Below are positions 1 to 9,825 of a stretch of 64,000 nucleotides of DNA, one piece after another (within the stretch, counting starts at the first letter, position 1; every line of letters begins with the position of its first letter). Location of the stretch: assembly GCA_964490785.1 (NCBI GenBank), contig CAZBDZ010000009.1:2812-66811 (forward strand). Direction: 5' to 3'. A program made the translations under genes and the position numbers. Below the pieces are notes generated by a model that was not told the origin of the DNA, searched no databases, and was given only the letters and a program-made list of their open reading frames with translations. The DNA comes from an uncultured Phycisphaeraceae bacterium (GTDB taxonomy: Bacteria; Planctomycetota; Phycisphaerae; Phycisphaerales; UBA1924).

Positions 1-553
1 GGTTGATGTACTCCCCGACGCCGCCGTTGTCGAGATGGAGTTCGTCGATCGCGCGGTCGTTGACGATGCAGACGGGGAGTTCGTCGGTCGAGTCGCTGTC
101 GGTGAGCGGTCGTCCGCGGAGGATGACGCGCTTGTCGATGTCCATGAACTGCGGCTCGATGCAGGTGACGCGCACGCCGCCCTGCTCGATCTCGCCGGAG
201 CGGATGCGGGCGCCGCGGAGATTCGACGTAAGGGCGACCATCTCGACCGACTTCGCGTGCTTGCGGATGGCGTCGGCGTCGCTGATGGTGAGGCGGACGC
301 GCTGCCAATCGCTGCGCGAATGGCGCTGGGATCGCGGGATCTGGCCCCAGAGTTCGATGCGGTTGGCGCCGAAGTCCTCGAACCCCTTGAGGACGAAGGT
401 GTTGAGGGAGGTTACGGCGGCGATGACGGCGGTGATGGCCCACACGCCGATGATGATGCCGAGGGTGGTGAGGAATGCGCGCACCTTGTTCGCCGCCATC
501 TGCTGGATGGCGGAGAGGACCGTCTGGACGAAGAGGCGGATGAGCATGCCCAT
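1..553 (-). CDS. ABC transporter permease, MacB/FtsX family (N-terminal part only; runs off the window start)
   Basis: Own minus-strand translation from ATG at 553 gives MGMLIRLFVQTVLSAIQQMAANKVRAFLTTLGIIIGVWAITAVIAAV..., a TM helix followed by a periplasmic MacB-type domain. It starts 4 nt after the ATPase stop. It is absent from the ORF track because it is truncated by the window edge. Confidence 0.75.
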   Translation of the reverse strand, partial: MGMLIRLFVQTVLSAIQQMAANKVRAFLTTLGIIIGVWAITAVIAAVTSLNTFVLKGFEDFGANRIELWGQIPRSQRHSRSDWQRVRLTISDADAIRKHAKSVEMVALTSNLRGARIRSGEIEQGGVRVTCIEPQFMDIDKRVILRGRPLTDSDSTDELPVCIVNDRAIDELHLDNGGVGEYIN

Positions 554-556
554 GGG

Positions 557-1345
557 CTAGATCTCCAGGGGTCTCGGGCCGCCGGTGCCGTTCTCGCGGG
601 TGGCATGGGCGGCGGTGGCGGCGAGATCGGCGACGCGGTCGAGGTAGGCGCGGTGGATGGGGTCGTTGAGCGTGGGCAAGTCGGTCATCACCTTCCCGTC
701 TCGTAGCCGGATGATCCGGTCGGCGTGCCCGGCGACGTCCTCCTCGTGCGTGACGATGACGATGGTCTGGCCTTCGTTGTGCAGTTCCTTGAAGAGGCGG
801 AGGATGTCCTCGCTCGTGGCGGAGTCGAGGTTTCCCGTCGGCTCGTCGGCGAGCACCATGCTCGGCTTGTTGACCAGGGCGCGGGCGATGGCGACGCGCT
901 GCCGCTGCCCGCCTGACATCTGGTTGGGGCGGTGCGAGAGGCGGTCGCCCAGCCCGACGCGCTCCAGCGCTTCGCGGGCCATCCGCCTCGCTCCCCACCA
1001 CCGCTTGCGGGAATAGAGCAGCGGGAGCATGACGTTCTTCAGCGCGGTCGCCCGGCTGAGAAGTTCAAACGACTGGAAGACAAAGCCGATCTCCTCGTTC
1101 CGCACGCGGGCGAGTTCGAAGCCGCCCATCAGGTGCGTCGGGCGCTGGTTGAGTTCGTAGGAGCCGCCGGTCGGGCGGTCGAGACATCCGAGGATGTTCA
1201 TGAGCGTCGATTTGCCGGACCCCGAGGCGCCCATGATGGCGACGAACTCGTTCGTCTTGATCTCGATGGTTACGCCGTTGAGCGCATGAACGCGCTCGGT
1301 GCCCATGCGGTAGGTCTTGCGGAGATCGCGGACGTGGATCGACAC
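557..1345 (-). CDS. ABC transporter ATP-binding protein (MacB/LolD family)
   Basis: Walker [13 protein letters not shown] signature [15 protein letters not shown], Walker B MVLADEPT. Confidence 0.95.
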   Translation of the reverse strand: MSIHVRDLRKTYRMGTERVHALNGVTIEIKTNEFVAIMGASGSGKSTLMNILGCLDRPTGGSYELNQRPTHLMGGFELARVRNEEIGFVFQSFELLSRATALKNVMLPLLYSRKRWWGARRMAREALERVGLGDRLSHRPNQMSGGQRQRVAIARALVNKPSMVLADEPTGNLDSATSEDILRLFKELHNEGQTIVIVTHEEDVAGHADRIIRLRDGKVMTDLPTLNDPIHRAYLDRVADLAATAAHATRENGTGGPRPLEI

Positions 1346-1376
1346 GGGTTCGGCTCTTTCTGAGGCGGTTGGCGGA

Positions 1377-2897
1377 TCACGAAGCGGCGGCGGACTTGGT
1401 CGCGCCGCCGGTCTCGCTCTTCTTCTTCTCGTCGCCCTTGGTCTGATCGGCGGGCTTCTCCTCCTTGGAGGCGCCGTCCTTCTCGGCGACGGCGGTTTCC
1501 TCCGCCTTCTTCTTGTCGCCTTTGGCCTTGTCGGTGTCCTTCTCGGTGCGGACCTTGGCGCCGTCGGCGAGGGTCTGAAGGGCGGAGAAGGGGCCGACGA
1601 TCACGGGGGCGCCGTCTTCGATTCCCTCGCTGATGGCGGTGGAGTTGATGTTGGCGGCGATGGTCTTCACGGGGGTGTACACGACCTTGCCGTCCTTGTA
1701 GAGCATGACGAGGCGGGCGAAGGTCTTCTCGCGGTCGACGAGCGGGCTCTCCTCCCGCAGTTTCTGCGAGAGCGAATCGATGCGCTTGTCCAGCACCGCC
1801 TGGCTTGGCACCATCAGCACGTCGGCGATCGTCTCGATCTCGATATCCACGTTGGCGGTCGTGCCCGTGGAGAGGCGCTTCGTCTTGGGGTCGATCACGA
1901 CCTCGGCCTCGAAGTAGTAGGTATTGTCGGCCTGCCAGCGGAGGCTGGTCATGCCGACCTTGCGCACGACGCCGTCAAACTGCTCGTCCGGGTACCCGTT
2001 GATGAAGATGCGGACCTTCTGCCCCGGCGAGACCCGCGGGGCGTCCGTCTCCGCAAGGCGGGCCTTGACAAGCATCTCGGAGGTGTCTTCGAGCACCATC
2101 AACTGCGTGCCGGTGTTCTGGACGGTGCCCAGGGCGGTCTCGCCGACCTGCGCGATCCGGCGGGTGATCAGGCCGGCGAAGGGGGCCTTGATCGTGCAGT
2201 AATCGACGTTGCGCTGGGCCCGATCGACCTCGGCCTTTGACGCATCGCCGCGGGCGCGGGCGGCCTCGACATTGGCCTTGACGGCCTCGAGGTTCTTCTG
2301 GGCGGCGTTGTAGGCGGATTGCGTGCGGTCCACCTCCGTGCGCGCGTTGTCGAGCGATTGCTGGCTCACGTCGCCGCTGGCGAAGAGCGACTGCTGCCTC
2401 TCGAACTCCGACATGGCGTTGTTGTAGTTCGCCCGGCTTCCCACAAGCCGCGCTTCTTCCGCCGCCAGGTTGGATTCGATCGACTTCAGGCTCGCCAGTT
2501 CGCCGGCGAATCGCGCCTTGGCGGCGTCGAGCGACGCCACCCATTCCAGGGAGTCGAGCGAGATCAGCAGGTCGCCCTCGTTGACCTTCTGGCCTTCATC
2601 GGCGTGGATGGAGTTGATCTTGGCGGAGACGCGGGCGGAGATGTTCGTCGTGGTCTTGGCGGCGACGGTCCCCGGCGCACTCACGGTGCGGACGAGCGAG
2701 CCGTGCATCGCGGGCTCGACGACGACGAGGGCGCCCATGGCGCGTTCGCGCTGGGCGTCCATCTGCTTCTTGATCATGGGAACGAGGAACGCCGCCCCCC
2801 CGCCGCAGACCAGCAGCAGGACGAGTCCGACGCCCGTGATCCACTTGATGATGTTCCAGTATTTCCGCACGGGAAGCCTCCACGCCGCGAGGGCCAA
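1377..2897 (-). CDS. HlyD/MacA-family periplasmic adaptor (membrane fusion protein) with a Lys/Glu-rich C-terminal tail
   Basis: N-terminal TM segment, lipoyl-like motif (RVSAKINSIHADEGQKVNEGDLLISLD) and a long coiled-coil region. Lies directly upstream of the ABC ATPase and permease. Confidence 0.85.
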   Translation of the reverse strand: MALAAWRLPVRKYWNIIKWITGVGLVLLLVCGGGAAFLVPMIKKQMDAQRERAMGALVVVEPAMHGSLVRTVSAPGTVAAKTTTNISARVSAKINSIHADEGQKVNEGDLLISLDSLEWVASLDAAKARFAGELASLKSIESNLAAEEARLVGSRANYNNAMSEFERQQSLFASGDVSQQSLDNARTEVDRTQSAYNAAQKNLEAVKANVEAARARGDASKAEVDRAQRNVDYCTIKAPFAGLITRRIAQVGETALGTVQNTGTQLMVLEDTSEMLVKARLAETDAPRVSPGQKVRIFINGYPDEQFDGVVRKVGMTSLRWQADNTYYFEAEVVIDPKTKRLSTGTTANVDIEIETIADVLMVPSQAVLDKRIDSLSQKLREESPLVDREKTFARLVMLYKDGKVVYTPVKTIAANINSTAISEGIEDGAPVIVGPFSALQTLADGAKVRTEKDTDKAKGDKKKAEETAVAEKDGASKEEKPADQTKGDEKKKSETGGATKSAAAS

Positions 2898-3159
2898 GAG
2901 CCCCCGTCAGGCGGCCCACAACTGCCCCGCCACGCATCGTTGCTCTGGCCGACACCACACCGCCGACCAATCCGACCTTTACCCCCTCCGACGCCAAACG
3001 GTTGCAATACTCCGCGGGGAAAACCCGATTTCCGCGGGCTTGGTTTCCCTCTCCGCTCAGGACTCCCCCCCGCACAATGAATGCTTGGGGAACGAGACCT
3101 TACCATTTCAAGAGCGTACGCCCCCCGGCTGTGCCGCGTTACCTCCCCACTCCTCCCTC

Positions 3160-3792
3160 ATGCCCAGGCGAATCCTCCACGACCATTACTTCAAGAAGGC
3201 CAAGGACGAGGGCTACCTGGCGCGGTCGGCGTACAAACTCCGCCAGATCAACGACGCCAAACGGCTGATCCGCCGAGGGGACCGGGTGCTTGACCTCGGC
3301 TGCGCGCCGGGGGCCTGGCTCCAGGTGGCGTCGGAACTGGTCGGGCCAAACGGACGGGTCGCGGGGATCGACCTGAAGCCGGTGACCGCGGCCATGCCGA
3401 CGAACGTGGCGCATCTGACCGGCGACATCGAGAAGGTCGCCCCGGAGGTCGTCCTGCGCATCGGCGGCCAGGACCCGGCGTTGTTTGACGTCGTGCTTTC
3501 CGACATGGCCCCGAACACCACGGGCCACGGCGACGACCTCGTCTCGGCACGGCTGTGCGAGCGAGTGCTGGGCCTCCTACCGTTCCTCCTCAAGCCGACG
3601 GGGCATCTCGCCATGAAGATCCTCGAGGGGGGAGAAACGCCGAGGGTTTTGAAGGAGGCCAAGCGTCTGTTCGTCAAGGCCGGGACGTTCAAGCCGGACG
3701 CGAGCCGGGACGTGTCCCGGGAGACCTATGTCGTCGGCCTCGGCTTCGCGGGGCCGGTTCCGCGACCGGTCCTTGCGGCGGGGGGCGAATAA
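3160..3792 (+). CDS. rlmE: 23S rRNA (uridine-2'-O)-methyltransferase RlmE/FtsJ
   Basis: Internal ATG of ORF 2470..3792. Sequence MPRRILHDHYFKKAKDEGYLARSAYKL..., SAM motif VLDLGCAPGAWLQV, DVVLSDMAPNTTGH. Confidence 0.9.
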   Translation: MPRRILHDHYFKKAKDEGYLARSAYKLRQINDAKRLIRRGDRVLDLGCAPGAWLQVASELVGPNGRVAGIDLKPVTAAMPTNVAHLTGDIEKVAPEVVLRIGGQDPALFDVVLSDMAPNTTGHGDDLVSARLCERVLGLLPFLLKPTGHLAMKILEGGETPRVLKEAKRLFVKAGTFKPDASRDVSRETYVVGLGFAGPVPRPVLAAGGE

Positions 3793-4033
3793 TACGAATC
3801 CCACAAGACTTCCGGGCGGGGGCATCCGCCTCTTCGCCCGCCACGGCGGGTCTTCGACTCGAAGACTCGCTCAAAAGCGGCTTCTCTGACGCCCGGAAAC
3901 CATGTGGGATCCGTATAACCCGAGCGATTGGTCGAATCCCCGTGAGCATGTGCGGAATTCGGTTTCGATGGCGCATTGGACTTGAAGGGCCGCCCGATCA
4001 ACGCGGTTTGGCGTCCCTGAGAGGAGACCCGCC

Positions 4034-5482
4034 ATGCGACCCATCGTCCGTTTCCCGGTTATCACCCTGACCGCCCTTGTCGGGCTTAGCACCATCACGG
4101 CAGCGGGTAGTCTCGCCCCCCCTGCCGGCCCGGTCGCGCCGACGCACAAGACTCTGACAGAGGTTGAGCCGCGCACCGCCATCAACGCCACAAACACGCC
4201 CGGCGATCCATCCAGCGTTTTCAGGATCACCCAGCCGGGCTCCTACTACCTCACGGGCAATGTGGAGGTCGCCTTCATCGAGCACGGGATCAGCATCGAC
4301 CTGAACACCGAAGGGCTGGTCACCATCGATCTCGCCGGGTTCTCCCTCATCGGCCGCGAGGGAACCCTGAACGGCATCGACGTGGACGGCCCGTTCCAGC
4401 CCCGGGTGATCGTCCGCAACGGCTTCGTCACCATGTTCGACGGCAACGGCGTTGACATGACCGGCAGCGAGAGCGCCACCATCGAGCATGTCGAGTGCTC
4501 CCGCAACTCAGGCAGGGGATTCGTTCTGGGCGTGGGAACGCTCAACCACTGCAAGGCCCAGTACAACTCGCTGGGCGGCTTCAAGACCGGCGCGACTTCG
4601 ACCTTGAACCACTGCGAGGCGATCACCACGGGGCCCATCGGCTTCGAGACCGACACGGATTGCCGCCTGACCGAATGCACCGCCAAGGGATGCACCAACA
4701 ACGGGTTTGATTGCGATTCCGACTGCGTGCTGACGAACTGCGTCGCAACCAACAACACCGGCTACGGCATCCTGACCTACCCGGGCTGCTCGTTCATCGG
4801 CTGCAACGCGTCCAACAACGGCGAGGCGGGGTTCTCCGCGAATCAGTCGGGGACATTCATCGGGTGCGTCGCACAGAACAACACGAAATGGGGGTTTTCG
4901 GCGGGGGGAACGTCGGCGTTTCAGTCATGCACCGCGATGGGCAATGGCTTCTACGGCTTCTCCGCGTCGTTCTCACAGATCGCCGAGTGTCTTGCCGTGG
5001 ATAATGGGCTGGGGGGCTTCGGGCTCGGCGGGATCACCAACATCTCGAAATGTTCGGCTCTGCAAAACGGCGGGGACGGCATCTCGGGCGGGGGCGCGTG
5101 CGTCGTTGTCGAGTGTTCGGCCATGTACAACGACGGGCACGGGATCTCGCTGACGCTGGACGGGAACATCATCCGCGGCAACCAATGCACGGGCAACGGC
5201 CAGGGCGCCGCCCCCGGGGCGGGCATCCATACCAACGGCGTCGGCCACCGCATCGAGGACAATCTCTGCAAGTCCAACGATATCGGCATCGACGTCGCCG
5301 GCTCGAGAAACGTCATCGTCCGAAACGTCTGCGGAACCAACACGACGAACTGGGCGATCGCGGTGAACAACTCCTACGGCCCGATCATCGACCGCAGCGC
5401 CGCCGCGACCCCGGCGGTCAGTGGGAACTCCGCCGCCGCCGCCCTCGGCTCGACCGACGCCAGCGCCAACTTCACGAACTGA
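4034..5482 (+). CDS. Secreted right-handed parallel beta-helix repeat protein
   Basis: Signal-peptide-like N-terminus. About 11 tandem 22-23 aa units of the form x-C-x-A-x-x-N-x-x-x-G-F (for example NCVATNNTGYGIL, GCNASNNGEAGFS, GCVAQNNTKWGFS). Confidence 0.75.
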   Translation: MRPIVRFPVITLTALVGLSTITAAGSLAPPAGPVAPTHKTLTEVEPRTAINATNTPGDPSSVFRITQPGSYYLTGNVEVAFIEHGISIDLNTEGLVTIDLAGFSLIGREGTLNGIDVDGPFQPRVIVRNGFVTMFDGNGVDMTGSESATIEHVECSRNSGRGFVLGVGTLNHCKAQYNSLGGFKTGATSTLNHCEAITTGPIGFETDTDCRLTECTAKGCTNNGFDCDSDCVLTNCVATNNTGYGILTYPGCSFIGCNASNNGEAGFSANQSGTFIGCVAQNNTKWGFSAGGTSAFQSCTAMGNGFYGFSASFSQIAECLAVDNGLGGFGLGGITNISKCSALQNGGDGISGGGACVVVECSAMYNDGHGISLTLDGNIIRGNQCTGNGQGAAPGAGIHTNGVGHRIEDNLCKSNDIGIDVAGSRNVIVRNVCGTNTTNWAIAVNNSYGPIIDRSAAATPAVSGNSAAAALGSTDASANFTN

Positions 5483-5532
5483 GCATGAAACAAAGGTCCG
5501 AGACCACACACCGGATGCCGATCGTGATGATT

Positions 5533-5635
5533 CATACGGATTATCCTTCATTCTCGCGCTGGGCGATCACGGGATTCGCTGCGCAAAGCCTTCGCTCATC
5601 CCGAGCGTGCGTGCGAATGAGCATTGATCCGTATT
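5533..5635. repeat. Interspersed repeat of about 100 bp, family C, copy 1
   Basis: Core ttcattctcgcgctgggcgatcacgggattcgctgcg...cgctcatcccgagcgtgcgtgcga recurs inverted at 8101-8228. Ends carry inverted atacggat / atccgtat. Confidence 0.7.
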
Positions 5636-6128
5636 ACTGCACAATGACCGTGTAGAAGCCCCAGTTTGTCCGGGTCACGCCGTCCACCGTCACGCGGACG
5701 CGCGTGTCGTAGGTGTGTTGCCCGGCGGCGGGTGCGATTGCACCGGTGAAGACGTTCTGGAGGCTGTGCAGTTTTTGATTGGCGCCCGTGCTGAGGGTCC
5801 TCGAGACGCCGCCGATATAGGCGTTGCCCTCCCAGACGTCCAACTGGAAGTTGAACGTGGCGCCGTAGAGAACAGAGTTATCGTCGGCGACCGTCGTCAT
5901 CCCGAACCGAACGGTCTGGCCCGGGGCGATCCCCATGGCGCCGCCGTCAAAGGCGTCGGCCGTGGCGGTGATTCGCTCGAATGGCAGTGGATTGAAGCCG
6001 GTGCTGGTGGTGCCCGTGCCCGACCCGACCATGGGTGTGAACTGGGCGAAGGCGGGCGAGGCGGCCATCGCCGCCGCGGCGGCGACAAGCCTGAACAGAT
6101 CTGATCGAGGGCGAGTGAACTGCAACAT
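5634..6128 (-). CDS. Small secreted hypothetical protein
   Basis: Internal ATG at 6128 is preceded by AAGGAG 6 nt upstream. Signal peptide MLQFTRPRSDLFRLVAAAAAMAASPAFA. No recognisable family. Confidence 0.6.
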   Translation of the reverse strand: MLQFTRPRSDLFRLVAAAAAMAASPAFAQFTPMVGSGTGTTSTGFNPLPFERITATADAFDGGAMGIAPGQTVRFGMTTVADDNSVLYGATFNFQLDVWEGNAYIGGVSRTLSTGANQKLHSLQNVFTGAIAPAAGQHTYDTRVRVTVDGVTRTNWGFYTVIVQ

Positions 6129-6349
6129 GGGGAGCTCCTTGAGAATGCGCCGGCCCCGGCCGTCGCGTGGCATCGAACGCCGCTGCCGCGGACGAGCGGG
6201 CGCCGGGCAATCAGGGGAGCGCCCTCCCTCCGACGCCTGAATCGACCTTCCCGGCGTTCGACACGAAATCGGAATGCAACCCGACGGCCCATCAAGCGAC
6301 ACGGGTGAGCCGAGAAGGGGACGTGTCGCCCTCGCCGCAACTGCGGGTC

Positions 6350-6389
6350 AAAAAAGGCCGAGGCCCACGGGTTTGCCCGTGGGCCTCGG
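6350..6389 (-). terminator. Rho-independent terminator downstream of rnpB
   Basis: 14-bp perfect stem ccgaggcccacggg / cccgtgggcctcgg with a 4-nt loop. It is followed on the minus strand by a T6 run (A6 at 6350-6355 on plus). Confidence 0.8.
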
Positions 6390-6391
6390 TG

Positions 6392-6948
<557 letters not shown>

Positions 6949-7050
6949 CGGATTGTAGGCGCCCCCGCACGTCAGTTCCCCAGACCAATCCGGGCGATCG
7001 CATGATCCGTGCAGGTACTGGTCCTCGCTGTTCCCTCGTATCATTCCCTC

Positions 7051-8097
7051 ATGCCCGCCCCCGCGGAAGGCATCCCGGCCATCGCATGGCTTCATCCCGA
7101 GCAGGCCGGCCTCGTCCGCGCCTTGGCCTCGCACGCCAAACTCAGCCTCCTCGGCGTCGGAATCACGGCCGACGCCCGCCGGCGCGCCGAACCATCTCCG
7201 TTCGGCGACTCGGCGGCGTTCACCGACCTGCGCCAGGCACTCGCCACGATGCCCATCCGAGTCGCCCTTCTCGCCGCGCCGCCGGAGGGCGCGGAGACCG
7301 ATGAGAGCGAGCACGACCTGCTCCGTCTGGCGCGGTCAAGGGAACTGACGATCCTCACCCTCGAACCGATCCCCGGCTCGGTCGGGGCGGCCCGGCTTGC
7401 TGATCCCGCGCAATGGGTCCACTCCTTCCGATACCTCGGGCTGTTCCGCGCCGCCCCGGCGCTGGCGACGGCGAATGAACTGCTTCAGTCCTTCGGCACG
7501 CCGCGCACGCTGACCGTGTCGTTCCGCAGCGGGCGCGGACAGGGCTCGCTCGGCTCGCGGCTGTTCGACGCGATGCACACGGTGCATTCGATCCTCGGCG
7601 TGCCGGAGACGATCGACGCTTCGATCATCACTGCGGTGGCGGCGTCGGGGCTTCGGCTGGAGCCCGCGGTGTCGCTCCGGGCGCTGCACGGCGATCTCAC
7701 GGCGAATCTGCGTTACGCCGGGGCGAAGTCCGCGGCGATCAGCCTGAGCGACCGTGCGGGGCGCTGGTTCCGCGGAGTGGCGGTGGTGGGCGAATCCGGG
7801 TGCATCCGCATGGACGAGAGCGGCGTGGAGCGCATCGACGCCGATGGACAGGTCGTCGAAAAGGCCGCGGGCACGCGTCGGCGCTCCCCGGCGAAGGGGA
7901 CGGCGCTATTCGATGAGATCATCGACACGCCCGCGTTCGACGCGCTCGCCGACGCCGCGCGCCGGGCGTTGGACCCGCGCGCCCCGAAGCCGGAGCCTTT
8001 CGACCTCGAGGCCGTGCTCTCGATGTGCGAGGCCGCCATGCTCAGCGCCCGAACCTGCCAGGCGGAAAGCCCGGCAACGGTCGTACGGATGGCCTGA
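7051..8097 (+). CDS. Hypothetical protein, Gfo/Idh/MocA-like C-terminal fold with no recognisable NAD motif
   Basis: LFDAMHTVHSILGVPETIDA resembles the GFO_IDH_MocA C-domain motif. There is no GxGxxG. Start could be GTG 7009 or ATG 7051. Confidence 0.45.
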   Translation: MPAPAEGIPAIAWLHPEQAGLVRALASHAKLSLLGVGITADARRRAEPSPFGDSAAFTDLRQALATMPIRVALLAAPPEGAETDESEHDLLRLARSRELTILTLEPIPGSVGAARLADPAQWVHSFRYLGLFRAAPALATANELLQSFGTPRTLTVSFRSGRGQGSLGSRLFDAMHTVHSILGVPETIDASIITAVAASGLRLEPAVSLRALHGDLTANLRYAGAKSAAISLSDRAGRWFRGVAVVGESGCIRMDESGVERIDADGQVVEKAAGTRRRSPAKGTALFDEIIDTPAFDALADAARRALDPRAPKPEPFDLEAVLSMCEAAMLSARTCQAESPATVVRMA

Positions 8098-8100
8098 GGC

Positions 8101-8228
8101 GAATCCGCATGGCTTGCAATCGTATGGAATGAATCGTTGGTCCATCGCACGCACGCTCGGAATGAGCGGAGGGTCGCCGCAGCGAATCCCGTGATCGCCC
8201 AGCGCGATAATGAAAGCCGATCCGCATG
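8101..8228. repeat. Interspersed repeat family C, copy 2 (inverted relative to 5533-5635)
   Basis: tcgcacgcacgctcggaatgagcg...cgcagcgaatcccgtgatcgcccagcgcgataatgaaag is the reverse complement of the copy 1 core, with a variable 9-nt centre. Confidence 0.7.
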
Positions 8229-8322
8229 CGACGACGATGCTGAGGCGATTCGTCGGGTCGAAGACCCGCCGCAGTGGACGAAGGGGAAACTCCTCGCGCC
8301 CGCGTTCGCCCCTGGGTTCACA

Positions 8323-9669
8323 TCACCCCACCCATCGCGTTACATGCCACGCCTTTTTGCCCCGGCGAATGGCGGCGATCGTGCCGTGGAGAAGCATGCT
8401 CTCGTTCAGCCGATCGTCGATGCCGACGACCCGGCCGTTGACGGACACCGCGCCCGCCTGAAGGTGCTCGCGGGCCTCGCGTTTGCTCTTGCAGAGGGTG
8501 GTCGATGGCAGCAGGTCCACCAGCGCCAGTCCGCCGCCCGTCAACTCGGCGCGCCGGTGCTCGCTCGACGGCACGCTCGCGAAGACCTCGGTCAGCGTCG
8601 CCAGGGGCAACCCGGCGACGTCGCCGCTGAAGAGCGCCTGTGCCGCGGCCTCGGCGTCGCGCATGGCGCTTTCGCCGTGGAGCATCGCGGTCATGTGCCG
8701 GGCGAGGGCGCGATGGGCTTCGCGCTTGCCGGGGTCGGCGGCGTGGGAACGCTCCAACGCCTCGACCTCCTCGTGCGGCAGGATCGTGAAGAACCGGATC
8801 CACCGGCCCGCGTCCGCGTCCGAAGCATTCAGCCAGAACTGGTGGAAGGCGTAGGGGCTGGTGCGGTCGGGAGAAAGCCAGATCGCGCCGGACTCGGTTT
8901 TGCCGAACTTTCCGCCGTCGGATTTGGTGACAAGGGGGGCGGTGAGACCGAAGGATGCAGCCTCCCCTTGCTGGCGCGCGGGGTTCGTCGTTGAGGAGGA
9001 CCCTCCCTCACGGTCGGGGTTCGTGGATTTTCGGATCAGGTCGATTCCCGCGACGATGTTGCCCCACTGGTCGCTGCCCGCGATCTGGGCCGTCACGCCC
9101 ATCGTGCGGTAGAGGTGGAGGAAGTCGTAGGCCTGCAGGAGCATGTACGAGAATTCGGTGTAGGAGATGCCCTGTTCGCGGTTCTCAAGGCGCTCGCGGA
9201 CGGAGTCGCGCTTGATCATCTCGTTGACGGAGAAGTGCTTCCCGATGTCGCGCAGGGCCTCGATGAATCCGAGATTTCCGAGCCAGTCGAGGTTGTTGGT
9301 GATCTTGGCGGCGTAGGGGCCGGTGAAGTCCAGCACGCGCGTGAAGATCTTCGTCTGGGCCTCGACGTTCGCGCGGACGCGCTCCTCCGTCATCAACTGG
9401 CGTTCGGCCGATTTGCCTGAGGGGTCGCCGATCAGCCCCGTTCCGCCGCCGACGACGACGACCGGCGCATGCCCCGCCCGCTGCCAATGACGGAGCATCA
9501 ACATCGGGACGAGGTTCCCGATGGTGAGCGAATCGGAGGTCGGGTCAAAGCCGCAGTACGCTGACCGACGGCCCGACGCGAGGTGGGCGCGCAGCCCCGA
9601 CTCATCCGTGCATTGGTGGTAGAGGCCGCGCCATTTGAGTTCGTCGATGAAATCCGGGGAGCCAGTCAT
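8323..9669 (-). CDS. tyrS: Tyrosine--tRNA ligase
   Basis: YCGFDPTSDSL, GGGTGLIGDPSGKSAER, KFGKTESG (KMSKS-type) and a C-terminal S4-like domain. Internal ATG at 9669 (MTGSPDFIDELKWRGLY). Confidence 0.95.
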   Translation of the reverse strand: MTGSPDFIDELKWRGLYHQCTDESGLRAHLASGRRSAYCGFDPTSDSLTIGNLVPMLMLRHWQRAGHAPVVVVGGGTGLIGDPSGKSAERQLMTEERVRANVEAQTKIFTRVLDFTGPYAAKITNNLDWLGNLGFIEALRDIGKHFSVNEMIKRDSVRERLENREQGISYTEFSYMLLQAYDFLHLYRTMGVTAQIAGSDQWGNIVAGIDLIRKSTNPDREGGSSSTTNPARQQGEAASFGLTAPLVTKSDGGKFGKTESGAIWLSPDRTSPYAFHQFWLNASDADAGRWIRFFTILPHEEVEALERSHAADPGKREAHRALARHMTAMLHGESAMRDAEAAAQALFSGDVAGLPLATLTEVFASVPSSEHRRAELTGGGLALVDLLPSTTLCKSKREAREHLQAGAVSVNGRVVGIDDRLNESMLLHGTIAAIRRGKKAWHVTRWVG

Positions 9670-9750
9670 TGAGGCGATCCTACCCTCCGCGTGGCACGGG
9701 CTTTCCAGCCCGCGGCTTCGCGCACGCATTGGAAAGGGCGCGGCACGGGC

Positions 9751-9793
9751 GCAAAGGAACACCCCGGCAGGGCTGTGCGACCATGCCGGGGTG
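9751..9793 (-). terminator. Probable terminator after the PEP-CTERM protein gene
   Basis: 10-bp stem caccccggca / tgccggggtg, followed on the minus strand by ttcctttg. Confidence 0.5.
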
Positions 9794-9825
9794 CTCCAAA
9801 AGGGGGGCTTGTTGGGGATCGCGGA

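Noticed and set aside
3-706. Plus-strand ORFs 3..560 and 35..706 at the window start
   Set aside because: They are antisense to the MacB-type permease and ABC ATPase, which have unambiguous motifs.
8950-9030. Internal duplication (acgaaccccg twice) in the tyrS insertion as a mobile repeat
   Set aside because: Only a 10-nt direct repeat is present, with no inverted ends and no other copies seen in the window. It is treated as a lineage-specific loop.
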